DNA of 64,000 nucleotides from Marsupella aquatica (Eukaryota; Plantae; Marchantiophyta): the NCBI GenBank assembly GCA_973895155.1, contig OZ316891.1, positions 29,804,331 to 29,868,330 on the forward strand. The letters run 5' to 3'. A program made the position numbers and the translations under genes. Below, in pieces: positions 24,978-38,800 of the stretch. Numbering within the stretch: the first letter of the stretch is position 1; each line of letters starts with the position of its first letter. Below the pieces are notes generated by a model. The model saw nothing but the letters and a program-made list of their open reading frames with translations, did not search any database and had not been told where the DNA came from.

Positions 24978-25160
24978 GGGCCAGGGCGGGCAGGCAGGGC
25001 AGGGCCGGGCAAGGCAGGGCAGGGCAGGGCAGGGCAAGGCAAAAGGCAGTACATTGCCTCTTCGGGACCAAAACATTCACCCGGTGAATCAGACTGCCGC
25101 TGCCCTTGGGCCTGGGTCGGGTCAGGTCAGGTCGGGTCGGGTCGGGCAGCGCAGGGCAGG
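24978..25160. repeat. G-rich pentamer microsatellites (GGGCA)n and (GGGTC)n
   Basis: Directly visible runs at ~24978-25040 and ~25108-25160. Confidence 0.85.
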
Positions 25161-25707
25161 GTTGTGAGTTGAGAGTTCAGACCAGCGCGAGGGGAAAAGA
25201 ATTGGCTCTCTCGTTGTCAGTGCCCGCGGGCGGGGGAGAAAAAGGATCTGTCCAGGCGGAGCGGGGGCGGGCAGTCGAGATTCTTCAGGGGCAAGGGAGG
25301 ACGACGTACACCTCCTGCCCGCGGGCGGGGGAGAAAAAGGATCAGTCAAGACCGGACGGGGCGGGCAGCCGAGATTCGACACGGGCAGGGCAGGACCGAA
25401 GCGGGGGCCACAGCAGACGTACCTACTACCAGGACCGTACTTCCGTACTTATTGGACGCCGCAGATTCGGAGTTGTGTTGCTATTTTCATACGAATTGTT
25501 TTTGTATCGTTTTGCTGTACGAAATATATTCGTTCCTGGGTACGAAATGTGTTTTGTATTGTGACTACTGCATCCGTTCAGAACCGCTGCAAACAGTGCA
25601 TAATTTTATCGAGAGTTGGTCCACTGGTGTGTAGGCAGAAAGTGAGGAAGTTTTGGGGTCATTTTTTAGGGACTAGTCAAGTAACTTGAAAAGAGTAGGT
25701 GGAACAG

Positions 25708-26063
25708 GAGAGATATTCTTGATGGACCCCCAAAATAGTGTCTTTGTTCCAGCACCAAGTTCAAACGTTATCAACCTACCAAATTTTTGCACAAACCCAT
25801 CCCAAAATGTGATTCACCAAAGCCCTTTGTAAACAAAAGATTTAACACTTAAAAAAATTAGGTGTCATCTTCTCCAGGTGTTTGCTTGATGGGATCCCAA
25901 AATGAAAAGTGTTGATTGATAGGACCCTTGATATTTTTTTCTTTTTTTTTTCTTTTTTTTTTTCTTGAATGATTAAGACTTTGAATCAACATACCCAACA
26001 TTTCAAGGGTCCTATTTAAATAACACTTTTCACTTTCCGGTCCCCATCAAGTAAATATCTCTC
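25708..26063. mobile_element. MITE family D (Mutator-like), copy 1
   Basis: TIRs GAGAGATATTCTTGATGGACC / CCCCATCAAGTAAATATCTCTC; flanks GTGGAACAG and ATCGAACAG (9-bp TSD with 2 mismatches). Confidence 0.75.
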
Positions 26064-26788
26064 ATCGAACAGTGCTTAGGTGGACCCAAATTGTAATAAA
26101 TAAATTTCCCAAGAAAGGTCAATCTGAATTTAATGAAGTGTCAGCTGGGTCCCAAACAAGGGAGCAAATCATCAATCTCAAAGGTTATACTGTAGTTATG
26201 GGCAGCGCTGTAGTTATGGATGATGGCAGAAATGACGGAAACTTCTCACAAGTTTATTGCAAAACAAAAGTTTCCATTAATCTGTGACTTAAAGTTGTGG
26301 CATGTGATTATTTTTCAGTGCAAACAGTTACAATCTCGTATGGCGAGACTTTTCCACTAATCTGTCCATTACTCAAAGTAATGGTGCATGATCCTTCTTT
26401 ATTGCACAAGGTATTTGATTATGACGTGGGCATGCTGTAACTATTGTTGTCCCTAGCCCAGCCTAGTAATCAAGGTAGGTTAGTGCCATAACTTTTGTTG
26501 TCTCTAAGCCCACCCTAGTAATTAAGGCAGGTTTGAGCCCCTACTGTGGTTTGTAGTGCTAAATTTCAAGCATCCAGTTTCATTCAATGATTCAATCGTC
26601 ATGCAAACTCCTTTTTTAATATCCACTTTCACGGCCATTTGTCACGTAGTGTTCTTAACGTATCCATCGTCCTCAAATGTCCTTTTACTCTTTCCCTTGA
26701 AACCCTCCCAACCAGAATATCGTGGGCCTTGTAGGTTTGTGTAGTTTGGAGGGCCCGCCAAAGTAGCGCAGTAGCGTCACGTACGGGA

Positions 26789-29700
26789 CAGTACCATAAC
26801 GTAGGTGGCCCGCATATCTGACATGGAGACCCCACTCTATATATCTATACAGTATACAGTCTTCACTTAAAGTCCCCTTGTTTAATTAAAGCAGTCCTGT
26901 TTGTAGGTGGGGGACTGGGTTTGACTGTTGACGGCGGTGAGGTAGCGTTTCCAGACCGCCGTCGAGTGCCCCCTGCCAGCAAACAGCGCCGTAGCCAAAA
27001 GTGACCAGCGTCTGTTTTCGCGGTGTGGCGAATGTTCAGTTCGTGTGTGGCGAAACATCCATGTTTTTGTGGGCGAAAATTAACTAATCACTTACCTAAA
27101 CCACAGGCCGGCTAATGACACTCCCTTCATTAGTTCATTCTCCACCACCTAATGCACCAATAAGTACTCTACAATAGTCAGAAGGTAATATATAATTGAA
27201 AAAAAAAGTAAATAAAAGGAACTGTGCTTGTCTGTGGGGTCATGTTTAAAAACAAGAAAAAAAATTGGCTGGTGGCAACTATGGTTCAGTGACCAGAGTA
27301 GGTCCTTCCTTATCTCAGTGTGGCTAATGTCAATTTGTGTGAACGAAAAGATGTTAAAATTTTGATCACTTGATTTCGTAATCAACTTCTGTCAATTAGA
27401 TCTCCTTATATGAAACTTATATTCTGGCTAATGGAGTTTGTGGCTAAGTGGAAAATTGGCTACTGGCCTGCACATAGGGTTTCCAAATCCATGATGAGTG
27501 CCTGCTGCCCAACAACAGCACTCTAACCATCGTGAACCAGCATCGGTCTTTCCTTTTTTGCAGTGTGGTGAATACTTGTGCGAATGCTTGTGGTGACTGT
27601 CATTTCCTGATCAGCATAGGTCTTTCTATTTTTTCAGTGTGGCGAATGTATGTGGTGACTGTCATTTCATGAGTAGTGTAGGTCTTTCCTTTTTGTTTCA
27701 CTGTAATGTCATTTTGTATGAAGGGGAAGATTGGATACTAGCTCCAACTATCCATTCTTTGAACCTGAATAACAAAGTGAATAACAGAGAGTACAATCAA
27801 AGTATATTTTTGATTCACATTCTTTGAATGTTAATGAAATGATAGTAACTTATCATGCATGTCATCAATTTAATAAGCATACAAAACATACCATTCTCCT
27901 CTCTACATACATTACTCTTTCTGTGCACATATGTTAGGGTGGGGCCATAGAGTAAGTTTTTTGAATGTAAATAGAAATCATAACAAAAAGCATGCATGAT
28001 AGTTATCATTTGATGTACATCATAATCATAAGTTTCCCATTCACATGGTGGGCCATGAAATTACAGTCTAGAGGCTTCACTCTAGAAGCCTAGCCCCCAA
28101 CTCTAGTTTGTAGTTGGCGCTGTAATATGTTTTTAATTAATTTATCACTATAAGATCCCCTTAGATCAGAATAATATTTTGGCTGATGGAGTTTGTGGCG
28201 TGGAAAATTGGCTAGTGGACGATAGACAGGGTTTCCAAATATGTGATGAGGGCCTGATGCCCAACATAGCCTTGTAACCATCGTGAACCAGCGTAGGTAT
28301 TTCCTTTTTTGCAGTCTGGCAAATGCTTGCAGGAACTGTTATTTCCTGTTTTTTCAGTATGGTGAATGTGTGTGGTGACTGTCATTTCATGACTAGCATG
28401 TGTCTTTCCCTCTCCGCAGAGTGGCGAATGTCATTTTGTGTGAAGGAGATGATGCTAAGAATATTGATTATACAATTTTCTGATTACTTATGACAATCAG
28501 GTAATCTCAAGGATGATAGTTATATGCTGGCTAATAGAGTCTGTGGCTAGATGAAATATTGGCAGTGCATGGCAGAAGATCAAGCCAATTTTTGATAAAA
28601 TGGTGAATAGTTTTTAGAATGTAGAACCCAGTAAGTTTTTGCCCCCAGAAAAACCTTGTTCGGGTCTCCCAAAGTGCCATCCCAATTTGTGCAAGACTTA
28701 TTTTTCTTTTCAGAAATAACTCAGACAGGGCCATAATATCAAATTTAAACCAAAACCCAAATGGACCAGGATGGTTGCCCACGGATTGCCTAAAGTCATC
28801 AGCCACTTTACACAGGAAAGTAAAAGGACTGGTTGGGACCGGCTGCTTTTAAAGACGCCTCACTTTCATGAAGGACACTCCTTGTAATTTTTTAAGCCGC
28901 CAGACTAATAACTGTAAACTGATCATTTTTGGCAGGCCATGTATTTAACTCAACACATAAAGCAATCTCAATGCTCATTAAGGGCCTCCCATACATATCT
29001 GCCCATGATCATTGCTTTCATTCACTGTTAGCCCTACCAGTAATCACACATCAAAATGTGACAATATATGGTGTGCACTCATTGATTTAGATAAAACAAT
29101 GAGATGGAGGAATGTCATACATAGTGTATTTCATATTTTGATGTGCAGTTATCGAGACCCCACTTTTAGTCCAAAACAATTCTAAGTGACAATAAAATGA
29201 ATGAACCCCACTTTTGGGTGAGGTGAATGTTAAAATGCTTTGGAGCCAACAGGTCTCAAACCCAGGACCTGCTCCACCCCGCTAAGATGCTCTACCACCC
29301 ACCCTGGGTCAGCTGATGGCAACAATGTACTACTCACGCCTGACATTTATCCATATAGCCAGATCTGGCATAGGCGGGCAGCTACTTAGGGCTAATCAAT
29401 TTTAATCAGCATGAATAGCCTTGAGATTGCCTTTTATCTGCATTTATACAAGTTTGGATATATTTTTTATGTTTACATTTTCTCAACGTGTCCTTTGATG
29501 TGCAATCTGTTATGTGACAAAGTGGGACTTTTTGGAGATAAATTACTCCATGTTTAGATGGTTCAAAGTAGGTCAAAATTATAAATCAACCAAAAACTGG
29601 TCACACTTCACTTTTGTTCAGAAGCCCTGAGTAGTTTGGGCAACAGTTGCCACTTTAGGAAGTGCATTTAGTTTTTGTGACAGACTCCCTCAGTACTTTA

Positions 29701-32109
29701 GCATGAGCAGCAACTTAACCATTGGGTGAAACTAACTAAAACAGGCTGCAAACTTATCGCATTTGAGTTAAAATTGTAAAAGGTGTCATCCGAGTCTTTC
29801 TACATGTTCTGCCAAAATGCATCCCAGCTTTGCCAATCCATCTGGGCTTCTCAACCAACCTACCAGTCCAGCCAAGTGTAATGTTAAAGGTAATATGATT
29901 CTCCTGGATTGAATGCAAACCCCATGGACTGTGACACCTTTTACTTCTTGACACATTGAAACCCTTCTCGTTCTGCAAAAGTTTTTTACACCAATTTTTC
30001 CCTTGAATATCTCCCTTGATATCCAAGGGAATTGACGACTTCAAAATATCTTTCCATGTATTCTAACATCTCTAGGTTTTTTGGGATTGAGAGAGATGTC
30101 CACACTTCGTGCTTCCAAAAGTTTTTGAGAAGCTAACTTTGACATTCAATAACTCCCTGCATATCCAGTAGAATTAGTTGCTCTGATATATTACAAGAGG
30201 CTTGTGAGTAGCTTTCCATTGGACCTCCTATTGTTGTTTCAGTGAGAATTGAAAGACAAAGATGTTTGTCTCCTTTTCGTGTCACATTCCATCTCTTTGT
30301 GTAATATTTAGAAACAAGTCTTTCCAGGGGATCCATCCCACTTGCAAAGTTCATATTAGACTTTTGGCAATCATGGATGACCATCCCAGCTTCAAAAAGG
30401 GTCTGGCTCTGTTTTTGGGAGGAGTCCAAAAGTGAGGTTTCTGTGACAAAGTTGTTTAGGGTCACCCTAAATGTGACTGCCCTGTGGAATAAGGCGTCAA
30501 GTGGTGCCTTTGAAAATGCCCTAAGTACTCAAAAATTTGCATTGTGACAATTTTCTGAAGTGCCGCTTGAATCCAAGATAAGGGAGCGATGGAGTGACCT
30601 ACAGTTTTTATCACACCTTCCAGCTCACTGATTGGGCTGAGGTTGTAGCTTCAAGGCAAAGAAGCTCCATCCTAACATTGTTGAGCTGTTGAGACAACAT
30701 ATGTGGCATTCAGATGAGGGTCAATTTCACTACACAGATCCACAAAGATTGATTCTAAATCTTTGCCTGTGTAATTGCTAAGCAGGTAGCTGCACAGGTC
30801 ACAGCTGGAGAGTTTGAGCACCTGTGGCCTATGCTAAGAAACACTGAGATTAAATTGAAACAGCCTGCAAATGGCCAGGAGACCATTCACAGGTCACATT
30901 TGAGTTGGAAGGGTAAAAGTGCTATCTGAGTCTATTTCCACAGTCTGAGAAAGTTCATTTGAGCTTTGTCAATCCATCCTGGCTTGACAGAAAATGTTTC
31001 AGTCCATTCAAGCTTCAATTTCCCTTGACATGGATGATCCCAAATATACATCGCCCATGTGAATATTTAAAAAACCTTTACAATTACTCTGGTGTTGTGA
31101 TTTGGCCCAATGCCCAGCAACACTGCTGTAACCTTTGTGGCAATTTGGATTTGGATACCCGCAGCCCGGTGATGGATGGTGTCTTGCTGACTGGGCAGTA
31201 ATGCTCAGGACCACTCTCACAAAACTTGCAACCCAGATGGACCAGGTTGTTGATGAAGATTTAAGTATGGACTTTTTTGAGAGAATAGTGTTATCTGAGT
31301 GTAAAAAGGTTTTCTGCACTCCATCTGGTTGGGCTTATCCACCTACTGTAGGCATTTTGAGAGCGTTGAGGTCCATGGGGCTTCATTTTCCCTCCCTAAC
31401 ACAAAGGCATATTGATCACTCTAGCAAATAATAAGAAAGACCTTAAAAATTATGAATACCCTGCTGCCCATGAGATGAGATTCCAGCTCTTTAAAAGGTC
31501 GTAGTCTCTTTTGGACCACAACTAGCTTGATTTTCTCTCGTCCATTAGCCAGAATCGGTTCAATCTAGGGAAATATATCGGTCAAAAACGTTTTTTTCTC
31601 GAAAATTGTCTTGTTATATCTTCTCCTTGACACAAGGGGACATTCGGCAGACTGGGGAAAAACACCTTTACATTTCGGCTGCTTCGTGGCAATTCGGAAT
31701 TATTAGGCTACCTCGTGGCAATTCGAATTTCGGGACGCGCAGCCCCGGTGACGGCTGTCGAGCCGGTGACAGGTGACAAAGGACTGACTAGACAAGGCAG
31801 CCAAACGGAGAATTGTTTTGTGGCGAAAGGCCGACATAAAACAAAATTGGGGGCCGTGGGGCGTGGCGTGGGAGGCTACACCAAGGCGGAATAGGAGAAT
31901 AGCGGAGGCTGATGAGTGGGAGTGGGGGTTGCCGGGGTTACCAATGGGGTTAGAACCGAGGCCGGTTCGGTGGCGGCGAACTCGAGCACTGGCGGGGCGT
32001 CGCGTCCAGAGTAGAGTGAGGGGCAGGATCGGGAGGGACGGGCCGCGAACGGTAAAGGACAAGAGCAGCCGCGCTCACAAGGGACCTCGCCACTTATTCT
32101 ACGGTACTG
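26789..32109. mobile_element. Possible decayed ~5.3-kb TIR DNA transposon
   Basis: Imperfect inverted ends CAGTACCATAACGTAGGTGGC / GCCACTTATTCTACGGTACTG; GC-rich subtermini with recurrent GTGGCGAA; internal ~300-bp direct repeats at 27426 and 28180. No TSD and no recognisable transposase. Confidence 0.35.
28959..29435 (-). mobile_element. MITE family B, copy 2 (inverted), with a tRNA-like A/B-box module
   Basis: TIRs AAAGCAATCTCAATGCT / AGCCTTGAGATTGCCTTTT; minus strand contains TGGTAGAGCA...GGGTTTGAGACC...CTCCA. Confidence 0.65.
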
Positions 32110-34910
32110 CTTTCATGCAAACTTTGACTTCAGTCTTTGATCACCATAATTCTTACAGTAACGTAACATTTAAATAAGGTTTTTCTGAGGGGGTCAATAA
32201 TGCTTTTGAAGCAGAGTCAAATGTTGTCGTGTAGCAATGCCCTGTAGTCTGACAATCCATACAGTAAACAGCAGTTGGATAAGGGTTTCTTGAGGGGGTC
32301 AATAAGGTACTGCGTTTTACTGGCTGAGAATGATTTTGAAACAAGTTAATTAAGTGATTCTACTTACTTTTGGGGCAGGGGAATTGAGTGTAAATTAATG
32401 CTGTGGATGGACCTGAACATTTGACTTCTGGACTTGAGTAGACTAATCACCTTTTGACACTAAAAAGAATCTGCATTATGTACAAGGGAAATGTGCTATC
32501 TAGTGAATACAATGTTTCTATGGAGTCTATGCAGGTTGCAATAGTGTATCTTGTCAAAACCTTATGATCGATGGGAGCTTCAGAAAAGGGTCTATCCAAA
32601 GGTTATTTTGTTGTCATTTTTTATTTTATTTTTTGGTTTTTTTATTTTTTTTTGGGGGGGGGAGGGAAAAGTAAGTAAAGTATCTTCTACCATGTAGATA
32701 AAATAGTTTTGGCATGAAACAAAGGAAGAGAAGTGTCCAGCAAATGATGTGTTCCCTACACACCTGTGCAGCTGCTCCCCCCCCCCCCACACACACACAC
32801 ACATACACACACACAAAACAAAAAAGATGAAGAAGAATTGTGGCACAAAGCTTGTATCAAAATGTTGTGGAACATGGGTTTCATAGTGAGCCTAGGTTCT
32901 GACAACCAGTTCCGATGAACTTTTCCAATCGTTTGCTTAAATTTAAAGATGGTCAATCGGAGTTGTACTGCAGCATATGAGGAGCGCTTTACATGCACTA
33001 GGTAGGAGTGTTCTTCTTTGTCCTATATATGATATGCAGTCGCACCCATTCAAATGTTTGAACAGGCCATGCGCACGAACTTGGGGCACAACCTGACAAA
33101 ATCATCGCATATCGTAGTCACCTGCTAGTGGGCCCCTATTTTGCTGATGTGGTGATGCTTTTAATCAAAAGCTTAGACCAGCTCTTGAGGTGGTCTAAAG
33201 AATGGACCATGTGGTCTGCTCTTGTTCAGGATCTTGCTTTGATTTCGTCTAGACCTTGCATGTTATGGCTCGGGCAGTTTAACTTTAGTATACTCTATGG
33301 TGACCCCTAAGATTCTTGTTTGAATGTGATGGTCCATCCAAGCTTCTTCTCCAGAATTTCTTTCCTCATTTTATGATTACAATTGTTAGAAACACTGATA
33401 TCTCCTTATTTCAAAGAAACTTGGGAATGTTCTGGAAATGTTGGGAGCTTTCTCCCAAAGTAATTCTGCAGGATTTGCACATTAAGCACGGGTTTACTCT
33501 TGACTCAAAATTTTCATTTCAGACAACAAGTGACAGGTAATTAATTTCCATACATATCAAAAGACCTATACATTTTGCTTAACATGAAATTGACAGGTCA
33601 CTTGTACAAGAAATCTCCCAATCTACTCAGACCCGAGTGGTTCCCAAAAATGCTCTTGTGAACAGTGTAGTTCTGGACAAAGTTTAATTAAACTACCTCT
33701 TGAGATGGTATTTTTAAAGGACCACTCAGTCTCTTCTCATTCTGGCAGTACACAATTAAATGCACTACCTGACAATCTTGAGTCTGTCTAGATGGACATG
33801 TAAATGAGGTATGGTAAAACACAAGTGATCAGTCAATTTTTGCCCATCCATTCTTGGAAAGTCAGCCTGCTGTCTTTCAATTCAGGGTACAGCAATGTTT
33901 GGCCTGCCTTCAGGAATCAGTACACTAGTTTGGTGGTGTTCGCACCCTGGCCATGATAGATGACTTTTACTGAATGAACGTTGCTGCACAACAGCTGGGT
34001 TACTTAGGTTCTCCTGGGAGACTCAAAGGACTCGTGAGGCACCCTCTTGTTTCCTTTTGAAGCTGAGCAATCTGGTTGGAAAGAGCCAGCCCTCTCAAAG
34101 CAAATCAAAAATTTGATCACCACTAAAGAAATTGGGTATTATTCTGAGTGGGTCAGATGGATTAGCTAAACAGCAGTATCAAAAACAACTAAGGGAATAA
34201 TTAGTCTTCTGTTATACTTTTCTAACTCACATGTTGTCATCATGACCAACATAGAAAGCTTAATTATGCATGCCTGGAAAACACAATTCAACCAGCATGG
34301 CATTGCAAACAATCAAGGAAACACCCTGAGTGTCCAAAGCCTCTCCACAATGGGAAAATCCACAAAAGAAATCCATCACTATTTCTTTTGTGGGTCCAAA
34401 ATTTATCCCTCTATTGTGAAGGAATGAAGATGACACAGTGCTAGCTAAAAGCTTCCAACTACACTTGTTCACAAGAAAACACATCATCATATTCACACAA
34501 TAAACCTTGAATTTTCAAATTTCACCCGTACACATTCAATCTGGTATTGAGAACTTATAAAACAAGGTCTCTTTTTATAAAGCTTACTGAAAGGAACTGG
34601 TATTGGTCATATCCCCAAATATTCAAAATTGAAGCTACGAACTTTAAATAATAGGAATTCTCACCAATGGGGGTCTTGGGAGTGTGATGGACCGAACATT
34701 TAAAAAGGGGGCCTAAATTTGTAGAAAGAAGGACCAATGTTGGGAAAATGCCAAGCAGTCCAATCAAATTAATGTGTGGGACACGGTTCAAAACTTTTGG
34801 TCTAGGGTGTAATTCACTATTTAGTCTACCCCTGCAAAGGGGCCATCTAGTTTTGGATTTCCGTGGATATCCACGTTTTAAGAATGGAACGACGACTTGT
34901 TTGGTTTTGG

Positions 34911-35286
34911 GAACTTAAAGCCGGGATAGACACAAACGTTTGTAGGGACAACCCGGATGGACACAGCCTGTTGACACTGTAACACCAATCCTTAACAACA
35001 CACAAAATGGATTACAGGTGTCTTATGAACGGAAGCTAACCAAGATTTAGACATTATGTTAAGTACGTTTAACCTCCTCCGTTGCTCCTGCCTGGACAGA
35101 CTACGGGAAGAAACAACCAAAAACTTCCTGCTCCCGGTCAAACAGCTCCTTACAGGTCACCATTGGAGCACAAGTGAAAAATGTGTTATACAAGCACAAT
35201 CTTAGGTTTGTTCTGTGTCCATCCAGGTTGTGTTTGTCCATGGGAGCTTTTTCTCAAACATTTGTGTCTATCCTGGCTTTAAGTTC
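34911..35286. mobile_element. MITE family E (Mutator-like, long TIR) with perfect 10-bp TSD TTGGTTTTGG
   Basis: GAACTTAAAGCCGGGATAGACACAAACGTTTG / CAAACATTTGTGTCTATCCTGGCTTTAAGTTC; TSD at 34901-34910 and 35287-35296. Confidence 0.88.
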
Positions 35287-35719
35287 TTGGTTTTGGTCTC
35301 ATTGATTGTGCCGCATCCCTTCCAAAAGTAAGTGCATAGACGATTATAAGCCTCCATGCTGTCCCGTGTCTTGCACTACCCTTATCCAATATTAAAGGCT
35401 TGGACATCTCTGTAGCTTACCCCAATGCCATCTTCAAGAGACCTCATTTGGGGAGATATTGCTGGAAGCACACGTGCTAAGTCTCACTTTCACGTGCTTA
35501 CAAGGATTTTACAGACTTAGTTTATCTTCCTTGTTTGTTTGCTAGTGTATGTAATTCTAACTTTTCCTACTTCCTTCCAAATTTCTTGTATCGAAAGATA
35601 TCCATTCCTGAATTTGAATCACACAGGAAGGAAGTAGGAAAGGAATCTAATTTGGAAATTTTAAGTATCCTGTGTAGATTTTAAGAATTGAAATCTACAG
35701 GTGCATGCTTTAAGGTCCA

Positions 35720-35811
35720 TCACCCATGAGGCCCCTGGAGGTTTTGGGTACATTGATTCAAGGTCCATCACTAGCCTGGATCACTCATGGGGTCCACTAA
35801 GAATATCTCTC
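35720..35811. mobile_element. Partial MITE family D copy (right end only)
   Basis: CCCATGAG..TTTTGGGTACATTGATT..TGGATCACTCATGG..GAATATCTCTC is shared with the 47434-47613 copy. Confidence 0.6.
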
Positions 35812-38800
35812 AAGGAAAAGTGTGTTTTGAACTATGAAGGTCATGGAGACGTATTTTTGGTAACTTTTCTAGTTTTTACTTTTTTTTTGCATCGAGTCAA
35901 GAATATGTTTCTGGGTAAAACACATGAAAATTTGCCAACACCAAGGCATGAAGGAAGAGGCCGGCAGAATAAACCCCACAAATACTCCTGATTGTTCTCA
36001 ATTAGTTCTCTTCATTCTAAGTTTTTGGGGTTTGGATTTGCCCTTTCTTTCAAGTTTTTGTGTCTCGTCTCCCTGGACCTCTTTTTGCTTTTACACCCTT
36101 TGGCCCTTTTCAGTAATTTGGTCCTTTGGTTTCTCTGGACACGTTCACCTAAATTCCTCTATCCTCTGATCCACATGTCCTCACATCGCCCCTCGGCGTT
36201 CGTCTGAGCACTTCTCGACCCTCGAATCCTCCTCTCCTTTCGGGCGTTCCCTCTCGCTTTTTAGCAATCAACTTGGTTGAAAAAGCTCGTGACAGTGCGG
36301 TTCTTGGCAAGTTCTCAGTGGACGAAGTCCATCCATGGCCTAAGTTGTCCCGTTGTTGAATCACCCATGGACGACCCACCGCGTCTTCAGCAGGATTTTG
36401 TGATTTGGATCATGGTCTGGAATTCTGGATGACTGGCTGGCTCGCTGATTCATTCAATCAACCCCATTCCTGGCTTGCACATTGTCTCTTGCCTGGCTGC
36501 TCCGCGTCTTCTGGAAGATCTTGTGTGATGAATCGCTCCGTTGTATCCATTCCATTCGACAAGGAATCTCGAGTCAAATCGCTCGTCAAGGAGCCGTTCG
36601 TTCCATCGATTGACGGCTTCGATCCAGTTTCAGGGAATCCACAAACCAAATCCGGAAGTCTTTTGCAGCAGCACAGTCATATTGTAATATTGAGGTACTT
36701 CTTGTGGCAGTACTGGCAGCAGTAGTAGTAGAATCAAACGATCAATCATGTCATGCGATACCTGTGGGAGAGGGGAAGGCGGAGAGCCGTAGGCCCCATA
36801 TCTTTTACAGCATCGGGAATCTCAATGGAGGGGATGAGAGCCACAGGTTTTTAGCACACGAGCGTACATCGGTCCAGGAGCTTGCTTTTCTCTTTTTCGA
36901 ATCTTTCTGTTGCTCCATTTTTCTCCTCCTTCTAGTGCACCATGATGGTCGATTGACCTTCGTCCTCTCTTTGTTGCCTCACGAGCTTGTTGCTCGCTAA
37001 GGTGAGGTGGGTGCAAAGACGGGCTGTCTCAAACCACTATTATCAGTGCGTGTTAAACGTATGTCAAGTCAATGCACTCAGCAGAACATAAACCAATACA
37101 CTATATGATCTACAAAACCAAGTGATTTAAACAATAAGTGTCTTGGCTAACATAGATTTAACGCACTATACTATTATCCGTGACCATTTCTGGCAAACAG
37201 AATGTTGCGGGCTGGGTTGCGGAGGAAGAAAACATGACTCCCACAAAGGTGACCTTCAGCAACTTGAATGGTCAGTATACCTGCCCCAGCACTAAAACTC
37301 CCTATGCGCAAATGTGTTGGTGCTCTTCAAGAGTTGTCGGTGCTCACTCAAAAAAAATAATGATTTTGAGTTGACCCGTGGGCGTGTATTGTGAACTGTC
37401 TCAAATCAAAATCCCCCTGGACTAATATTTCCCAAAACCAGGGTTTGAGTCAGGGTTGCAAACAGAAATTTCTTACAGCGATTGCTTGGGAACTGGTTTA
37501 GAACTTTGTGCAATTGGTGCAGAGGACTGGCCCAAGGTTTGGGAGGACCGAGAATCCTCCTTGACACTCCCCCCTCCACTTTCTCTTGCATCCATTTCTA
37601 GTTTTTTTGTGCTTCCTCCTTATTGTGATTCATTCCCAGATTTTTTTGGCACTGCAAATTTGATAAGATTACCACTGAAAAAAGAGTGTGAGTGGTTATT
37701 ATAGTTTTAATTATAACTTTGAACCCAGACTTTACTCATGAATTGGATGCTCAAATGGACACAAAAATCTGACCTTGTTACTCTCATGGACATAGGAACT
37801 TTCCTGGGCAAAGAGGTGGAAATGGGTGTAGTTCAAGAGAGAAAACATATTCTAAACACAAGGAGAACACGCTCTACAACCAATATCCAGAACAAGAGAT
37901 CACAATTGGAGTGTTCAGTGAATTTGATGATGTTCTACAGTCCTTCAAGACAACCGAACTTCTCTCTCATGGTTTTGTCTCTGTTTTGGAAGAGTCTTTG
38001 ATCGTTGGATTTTCCCTTGTTTCTCTCTCATTTATTGGGTCTACTCTTGTCTCAGACTCTCAGGGTTTGGTATTTTTGTTCTTTGGCAGGACATATAATT
38101 CTAGGAGAGAGGGGACAAAGTTGTGAACAAGTCAATAAACATATCTTGATCCATTATGGAGAAAAAACAAGTCCAACTTCAGCAAAAATCACATTTGACC
38201 AAATGCCCTGCCAGATATTGGGCAGTAAGTTACCCTCCGGCTCTTACTCAGGACAACACCCTCATGGGAGGGACCAGCCATTCATTCCCTCATTTTGGGA
38301 ACGGGTGGGAATGGCGACATGGCTCCTTTCCCAAGAAGCATTTTCTGTCATAACATATCTGACACATGCACGCGAGAGGTTTGATCTAGATTTAAGTGAA
38401 CCCTCTCAGTCAGGTAATGAGTTGGCTATTTGAATGAGAAAAATCTCAGTTTTTCCTGTTTTTGTGTTGAATTGAATACCAAACGTACTCAGTTACCACA
38501 ACGTATTCCAGGTAAGATTCAGGCAAAAATTAGAAAACATGCCATACATTACACAATACACTACAACCAAGGATGGAGAAGATACAGTTCAAAGTGATAC
38601 AGCTACTACGTTAGACCATGGTAACTACAGTAAACAGGGTATATACTTTTCACCTACCTCACCCTTGTGTAGTAATACTAACTACTGTAATTGGTGGGTA
38701 TATAATTAGGGTGTGCTCAAACCAGTTGTTTCCCATTTATTTCCCTTGTGGAAAGTTGTCTGCTAACACAGGTGGAAGCCCCTCTATTCAAAACATAATT

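Noticed and set aside
24021-25564. Overlapping 70-150 aa ORFs on both strands
   Set aside because: Explained by high GC and microsatellites in a leader/promoter region; no recognisable protein.
29230-29320. Functional tRNA gene
   Set aside because: I could not form a proper cloverleaf or anticodon arm; reported only as a tRNA-like module inside a MITE.
32850-38450. Many short ORFs with Cys/His or basic patches
   Set aside because: Stop-ridden with no recognisable domain; probably decayed TE DNA, so not called.
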